In this document: in pieces, positions 59,573 through 64,000 of the stretch | Position numbering within the stretch: position 1 is the first letter of the stretch | Layout: each line of letters opens with the position of its first letter | IMG/VR virus record: IMGVR_UViG_2848581113_000005 | Location: 1 to 64,000 of that record | Source of the DNA: a virus | Lineage: Duplodnaviria > Caudoviricetes | Direction: 5' to 3' (one strand) | Length of the DNA: 64,000 nucleotides | Made by a program: the position numbers and the translations under genes | Notes under the pieces: model-generated | Told to the model about the DNA's origin: nothing | What the model saw: the letters and a program-made list of their open reading frames with translations, nothing else | The model's database searches: none

Positions 59573-59904
59573 TTTATATTTTGATAAACACTTCCGCTGA
59601 AACTACCAGAATCAAGATCAGAGATAGATTCAATTACAGCATTGACAGCATCCGAAAAAGGAACGGAGAAAAATTCATTGTGTAACCAATAACTCTCCAG
59701 TTTTTTATGTGCCATTTTTTCAATAAGCCTGTAATCAAATCGCCTCTCTGTTACAAAGCTTTCGATAACGGAAAATCCAAATTTTCTTTTTAATTCAGCA
59801 AATCTTCCCAAGCATTTTCCACGAGCAGACATGCCGACTTTTACCTTAACGCCATCAGTGGCAACGTAAATTCGACCACCTCTATCGGCCTTCTTCTTTC
59901 TCAT
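59569..59904 (-). CDS. T5orf172/GIY-YIG-like domain protein
   Basis: IYV...VKVGMS...EKMAH...EFF. Confidence 0.72.
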   Translation of the reverse strand: MRKKKADRGGRIYVATDGVKVKVGMSARGKCLGRFAELKRKFGFSVIESFVTERRFDYRLIEKMAHKKLESYWLHNEFFSVPFSDAVNAVIESISDLDSGSFSGSVYQNIN

Positions 59905-60147
59905 AATGCTTTCCTTTAGGTGGTAAGCCTAAGTTCACGCGGATATAGCAGTCCACAGAGTTAAAGCAATGCTGCTTACCCTATAGACTCATCTCGTGAG
60001 GCTCTGTGTTTGAATAGCCCGTGACGGGCAGATTGAGAAATAACTAATTGGATTAAATAAAGACCTAAACGAGACCACTACCACCAAAAACCTACACAAA
60101 ACTCTATCAAGCAGCCTCAAGGAAGCCGCTTTGTAGCATTTTGTAAA

Positions 60148-60690
60148 TCAGCGATTGCTTATTGATATCCAGTCCATTTGGCCTCTTTCTTCTATCTGAG
60201 CAATCTGATTCAATAACTGCGGCTTCTTCTCTCTTCCCCAGCGACGAAGTAGACGACCTGACATACTGGCCACATCTTTTTCTTTCATGTATTCCAGCAT
60301 GACAGCATTGCGCTCTTGTTCCATTGAGTGGATATTCTTCTTAATAACACCAGCCATCCAGTTAAAGGCTGCAATGAAAGCCTCTTTGAATCTAATAGCC
60401 TCCGCGCCAGTAAATCCCATGACTAACATCATCCACCCATCTTTAGTCATCCGATAGAATGGTTGTGGTTTGCCGTTCTGTAACTCGTTGTTTTCATGGC
60501 AAAGCGTAAAATTGCGCTCTGCAAATTCAGATGAACAAGACTTGATAACAGAACGCGTTTTTCGCAAAACATCCTTATGCTCTCGCTTAAAAACTTTCGC
60601 CACTTTAAATGTATCCGTCTCTGTTTCCTGTCCAGACATAAAAACCAAATCACGAAAATCAATTCCGTTTACTATTGTTGGGTAATTCAC
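60148..60690 (-). CDS. Rha family regulator
   Basis: VAKVFKREHKDVLR...MTKDGWMMLVMGFTG..A..FKEAFIAAFN. Confidence 0.9.
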   Translation of the reverse strand: MNYPTIVNGIDFRDLVFMSGQETETDTFKVAKVFKREHKDVLRKTRSVIKSCSSEFAERNFTLCHENNELQNGKPQPFYRMTKDGWMMLVMGFTGAEAIRFKEAFIAAFNWMAGVIKKNIHSMEQERNAVMLEYMKEKDVASMSGRLLRRWGREKKPQLLNQIAQIEERGQMDWISISNR

Positions 60691-61120
60691 GATGCTTATC
60701 CTTAACTTAGGTAATGAACCTTTGCCGCATAGGAGATCAGCCCATCGAGTAGCATCAGTTTTAGCTGATTTCTCAAAGGCTCATTCCTAAATAAAGGCTC
60801 GATGTTTAGATTAGCGCTGCGGTGCGCGATGAAATGCAGATATAAAAATGCCACCAGCCCGTGTGCGTTGGGTACGCGATAGGTACGGGGTGATGACATG
60901 GGTTATTGCTTTAACCACTCAAGGGAATGGGTAAAGGAATAATTACCTATTTTTAATTAAAGTGTCACCAATCACTCTTATTCGTCTTTGAGCGTTGGCT
61001 TCTTATGTATCATTATTTTTCCCTAAAAAAATTTCTGTATTTTGTGAATTAGGAAATTCCAAATTTGTTCCCATTACATACAATTTAATCTCTTTTTCTT
61101 TTATATTTAAGGAGATAAAT

Positions 61121-61300
61121 ATGAGCTATACTTTCCAAAAAGGTGATGTGGTTATTCTCAAAAGTGGTGGACCCGAAATGACAATAGATTCACGCGACAC
61201 GTACTCACAAGACGTTGAAAAATATAAATGTTTCTGGTTCGTTGAAGGCAACTTACAGAAAGACTCATTTGACGTGGCTACTTTAGAAAAAGCAGAATAA
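61121..61300 (+). CDS. YodC/DUF2158-like small protein
   Basis: FQKGDVVILKSGGPEMT...CFWF; AAGGAG RBS. Confidence 0.8.
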   Translation: MSYTFQKGDVVILKSGGPEMTIDSRDTYSQDVEKYKCFWFVEGNLQKDSFDVATLEKAE

Positions 61301-61353
61301 TTATATAGGCGCTTACCCTAAGTAAGCACCAAATTGCTTCAACCACCCCAGAA

Positions 61354-61554
61354 TCATTTGCTCTGGGGTGATGTATTCTCTACTCTCTGATTCCATGATT
61401 GAATAGCAGAATCATGATCACAGTCTTCTGGCCCATTAGCATTACAGTCAATACATTGCACAAAAAACCATGGGCCATCTGAATGCACGTTCATTTCTGT
61501 GCGCTCACTATTACAAAATGGACACGGTTTAATTTCATCTATTTCAGCCATCAT
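61354..61554 (-). CDS. Lar-family restriction alleviation protein
   Basis: KPCPFC...CIDC.A.GP...AIQSWNQR. Confidence 0.8.
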   Translation of the reverse strand: MMAEIDEIKPCPFCNSERTEMNVHSDGPWFFVQCIDCNANGPEDCDHDSAIQSWNQRVENTSPQSK

Positions 61555-62017
61555 TACCTCTACATTCAGTCTTCACATAATCCCTCAGTCCAAGGTACTG
61601 GGCTTCGAGGGTTTCCAGTTCTCCGAGGAGACGTACATAATCCTGTTCAGCGTCTTTCTCCAGTCGGGCGGATCCTGAACCATCCATGCCGGGGGAGGAA
61701 GCGGTTTCAGACACTGGACATTCTGCCCTGACATACACGCGCTTAACGTGAGTGCGCAAATCATCGCTAAGCTGAGTGATTTTAGATTTGGCATTCGTTA
61801 GTTCCTGTAAGCGGGTGGTGTCTATTTCTGCAAGGTGTTTGATGCGTTCTTCCTTGCTGGTGATGAGGGCGTTTTTTTGTGATAACTGGGTGTTCAGTGA
61901 TTGATTATCTTTAGTGAGCTGTCCATTCTCTGCATACACCGAGTAGATGAAATGGACCGCTGAACCCATCAGAGCCACAAAAACCATCACCGCGATAGCC
62001 TTAACTTTCCACTTCAT
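61544..62017 (-). CDS. Rz-like i-spanin
   Basis: TM and coiled coil; paralogue of 20841-21293. Confidence 0.88.
   Translation of the reverse strand: MKWKVKAIAVMVFVALMGSAVHFIYSVYAENGQLTKDNQSLNTQLSQKNALITSKEERIKHLAEIDTTRLQELTNAKSKITQLSDDLRTHVKRVYVRAECPVSETASSPGMDGSGSARLEKDAEQDYVRLLGELETLEAQYLGLRDYVKTECRGNDG
61585..61794 (-). CDS. Rz1-like o-spanin
   Basis: Lipobox LSAC, Pro-rich. Confidence 0.82.
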   Translation of the reverse strand: MPNLKSLSLAMICALTLSACMSGQNVQCLKPLPPPAWMVQDPPDWRKTLNRIMYVSSENWKPSKPSTLD

Positions 62018-62148
62018 CGCCGTAACACCAATTTAATAAAAGACAGCAGCCCGCCAATGATCAAGAAAAACTCCCACCCCTTCACACCTAACAGAGACAG
62101 AATGAAAGCAAACAGGAACAGCAGCCCAGACAGATAATGATCTTTCAT
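62014..62148 (-). CDS. 44-aa membrane protein between endolysin and Rz
   Basis: Hand-translated MKDHYLSGLLFLFAFILSLLGVKGWEFFLIIGGLLSF...; ATGA overlaps at both ends. Confidence 0.6.
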   Translation of the reverse strand: MKDHYLSGLLFLFAFILSLLGVKGWEFFLIIGGLLSFIKLVLRR

Positions 62149-62546
62149 AGGAGTTCATATGCCTTTGTAAACACATCATCAGAATAGGGTTGCTGGCCGT
62201 TCTCATGCTGGATAATGGACTTAGCCAATGCAATCAGGGTTTGCTTGTTAACTTCAATCTTATCGAACGGGTCAACATTGAGCGCCCTGGCAACCCCGTT
62301 AATGTAAGCCGTGGTGTTATTTTCATTGCTGGGCGCATATCGATTGATGATTTTAGAGATACTGTTATGCCCGCCTTTATGGTAATTCAGAAGCAACTTC
62401 ATCAATGCCCGGATACCATATTCAGCAGATTCAAACCGACAGAACCGCTTTTCGATATTCCAGTCATGAGGCAATTGACCCTGCCACTTATTAGCAGGAT
62501 TGTGATCAATGTTGCCGGGATTGTTATTGCGTATGCCTCTGGTCAT
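62145..62546 (-). CDS. Endolysin (RNNNPGNI lysozyme-like family)
   Basis: RGIRNNNPGNI, RYAP..EN.T..Y, HENG; lies between holin and Rz. Confidence 0.8.
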   Translation of the reverse strand: MTRGIRNNNPGNIDHNPANKWQGQLPHDWNIEKRFCRFESAEYGIRALMKLLLNYHKGGHNSISKIINRYAPSNENNTTAYINGVARALNVDPFDKIEVNKQTLIALAKSIIQHENGQQPYSDDVFTKAYELL

Positions 62547-62866
62547 TGCTTATCTCCCAAACGCTTATTGATAGCCCGAACAGCAAAGCCGCGGATTTTC
62601 TCAACACCAATAAAACCGATGGCGCCACCAATAGCCGGTGCGAAACTGCCCGGAATGCCAAACATCTCCAAGCCACTGGATACACACCATGACAGAGCGC
62701 CGCACAGTAAGGCTTCGACCCAGCGGTTTTTGCGTTCCACGCCGTCATAAATCAGACGACCGTAACAAATCAGGATGGCCAGGATAGAGCCGGATATCTG
62801 CGGCCATGAATGCTTTAGGCCGTTTAACAAATCGGCCCACAAATCAGGATTTTCTTTCATTTTCAT
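62543..62866 (-). CDS. Holin with dual start (M-K-M)
   Basis: EALLCG, GGAIGFIGVEKIR; starts at 62866 and 62860. Confidence 0.85.
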   Translation of the reverse strand: MKMKENPDLWADLLNGLKHSWPQISGSILAILICYGRLIYDGVERKNRWVEALLCGALSWCVSSGLEMFGIPGSFAPAIGGAIGFIGVEKIRGFAVRAINKRLGDKQ

Positions 62867-63059
62867 ATTCCACCCCATCAGATAATGGGCGTCCGTGGGG
62901 TGAGAGAGTCGCCCCTGTGAGTTGAGTTAATAGGTTGCCAGCCGCAATGCATGTATACGGATGTGATGAGAGTGATTGCGGTGGCAAATACAGAAAAGGC
63001 CACGCCAGAGCGCAGCCTTGATATTTTGAACTAGCCGGAATTACCGGAGGGTTGGGTGT

Positions 63060-63114
63060 TATCCGTGATCAAATAACCACTATCCGTTATCAAATAGCGT
63101 TATCCGTGATCAAA
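63060..63114. repeat. Three 14-bp direct repeats TATCCGTKATCAAA
   Basis: Copies at 63060, 63081 and 63101. Confidence 0.9.
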
Positions 63115-63117
63115 GGG

Positions 63118-63432
63118 TTATTTCCCGTTCGGCTTCTCTCTTGTCGCCCAATAGCGATCGTGTTCTTCCGGCGTGGCTTTCTGGTCTTCAAATAAGTCCG
63201 CAATTTTAAAACCATCAGGAAGCAACGCCCATGCAACATAAAAGTATCGAGGTTTAAATTCTTCTCCTATCCATGGATAAATACCGACACATTCTCCGTC
63301 GTCAAATCGGACATAGCCAATATGCCAACCGTCACAAGGGTTATAAACCAGTACTTCTTGATCATCCATATCAAATGTAGGCAGTTCAGAGGCAGGACGA
63401 AAAACCAAGGATTCTGTTACGGGTGTAGACAT
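63118..63432 (-). CDS. DUF551-like hypothetical phage protein
   Basis: PASELP...EVLV...WALLP. Confidence 0.55.
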   Translation of the reverse strand: MSTPVTESLVFRPASELPTFDMDDQEVLVYNPCDGWHIGYVRFDDGECVGIYPWIGEEFKPRYFYVAWALLPDGFKIADLFEDQKATPEEHDRYWATREKPNGK

Positions 63433-63550
63433 TTGTTCCCCCAGAAAGCAAAAATCCCCGCGAATGCGAGGCCTGACAGTTCGATAAGCTATGTGACATT
63501 GCTATCACTCTTATCACGATAGCAGTATTTTTACGATCGTAAAGTTATTT

Positions 63551-63970
63551 TCAGAAATTGCTGCATAATTGGTGTAAGTTAGTATCATCTGACTCCATCT
63601 GAACGTATTTATCCATTTCCAATGGCACATCCAGCATCATTAACATGCCATCAATGACCCCCTCAGCTTTTTGTAATCGCTTCCCAATGTAGGTATCAGA
63701 ACAATGATAATCATTTGCCAGCTGCATAAAGGTTTTGCCGAAAACGTAATAGTCGAACAGCAAATCATGCGCCTCACTGTTTTTCTTGTTCAGCCTCGCC
63801 ATGCAACCGGAGATAATTAATGCATCATCGTCACAACATTGCGACCTAGATTTGACCTTATTAGGGATCAACCCTTTAAATCCCGCCGCAATAGACGACC
63901 AAGAAACCTCTTCCCGATTATCAGCTGCCCACGCTCCCCAGCGCTCCATTACCCATTGAATATTACGCAT
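63551..63970 (-). CDS. Late antiterminator Q
   Basis: MERWGAW...WSSIAAGF...CCDDD. Confidence 0.88.
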   Translation of the reverse strand: MRNIQWVMERWGAWAADNREEVSWSSIAAGFKGLIPNKVKSRSQCCDDDALIISGCMARLNKKNSEAHDLLFDYYVFGKTFMQLANDYHCSDTYIGKRLQKAEGVIDGMLMMLDVPLEMDKYVQMESDDTNLHQLCSNF

Positions 63971-64000
63971 TGGCTTCTCCTGCATTTATCTTTTGCGAGC

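Larger units (their letters stand above)
30651..64000 (-). mobile_element. Prophage 2 (siphovirus; late region only, continues beyond the window)
   Basis: Q-lysis-terminase-portal-capsid-tail-fibre order ending at att. Confidence 0.93.

Overview
The window holds two tandem lambdoid siphoviral prophages from an enterobacterial host. Xenorhabdus/Photorhabdus-like is my guess from protein styles and is not established. Nearly all genes lie on the minus strand. The prophages meet at a 45-bp duplicated 3' end of tRNA-Arg(UCU) (att junction, 30606-30650). Prophage 1 (about 2.0-30.6 kb) is HK97-like, with xis, cI/cro, an initiator and primase-helicase, Q, a methylase, lysis genes, HNH/terminase/portal/capsid and a lambda-like tail. 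Its J gene is C-terminally truncated and is followed directly by a type VI-like retron (structured ncRNA, small protein, XRE HTH, RT). It also carries SIR2-like and DUF2829/Tad2-like morons. Prophage 2 (30.65 kb to beyond the window end) runs from Q through lysis, head and tail to a tail fibre, and carries a P22-like mnt/arc/ant region plus several morons. The most notable observations are: (1) a cas-less, type I-E-like mini-CRISPR array (3 repeats, 61-bp period) between a predicted PRM-like promoter and a cI gene that appears non-cleavable; (2) long-range retron ncRNA pairing that would sequester the RBS and AUG of the small protein, next to a perfect 43-bp palindrome; (3) a conserved structured leader with pseudoknot-like covariation in front of three unrelated regulator genes; (4) three sar-like antisense modules in series. 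All product calls come from motif recognition by eye; no database search was run.
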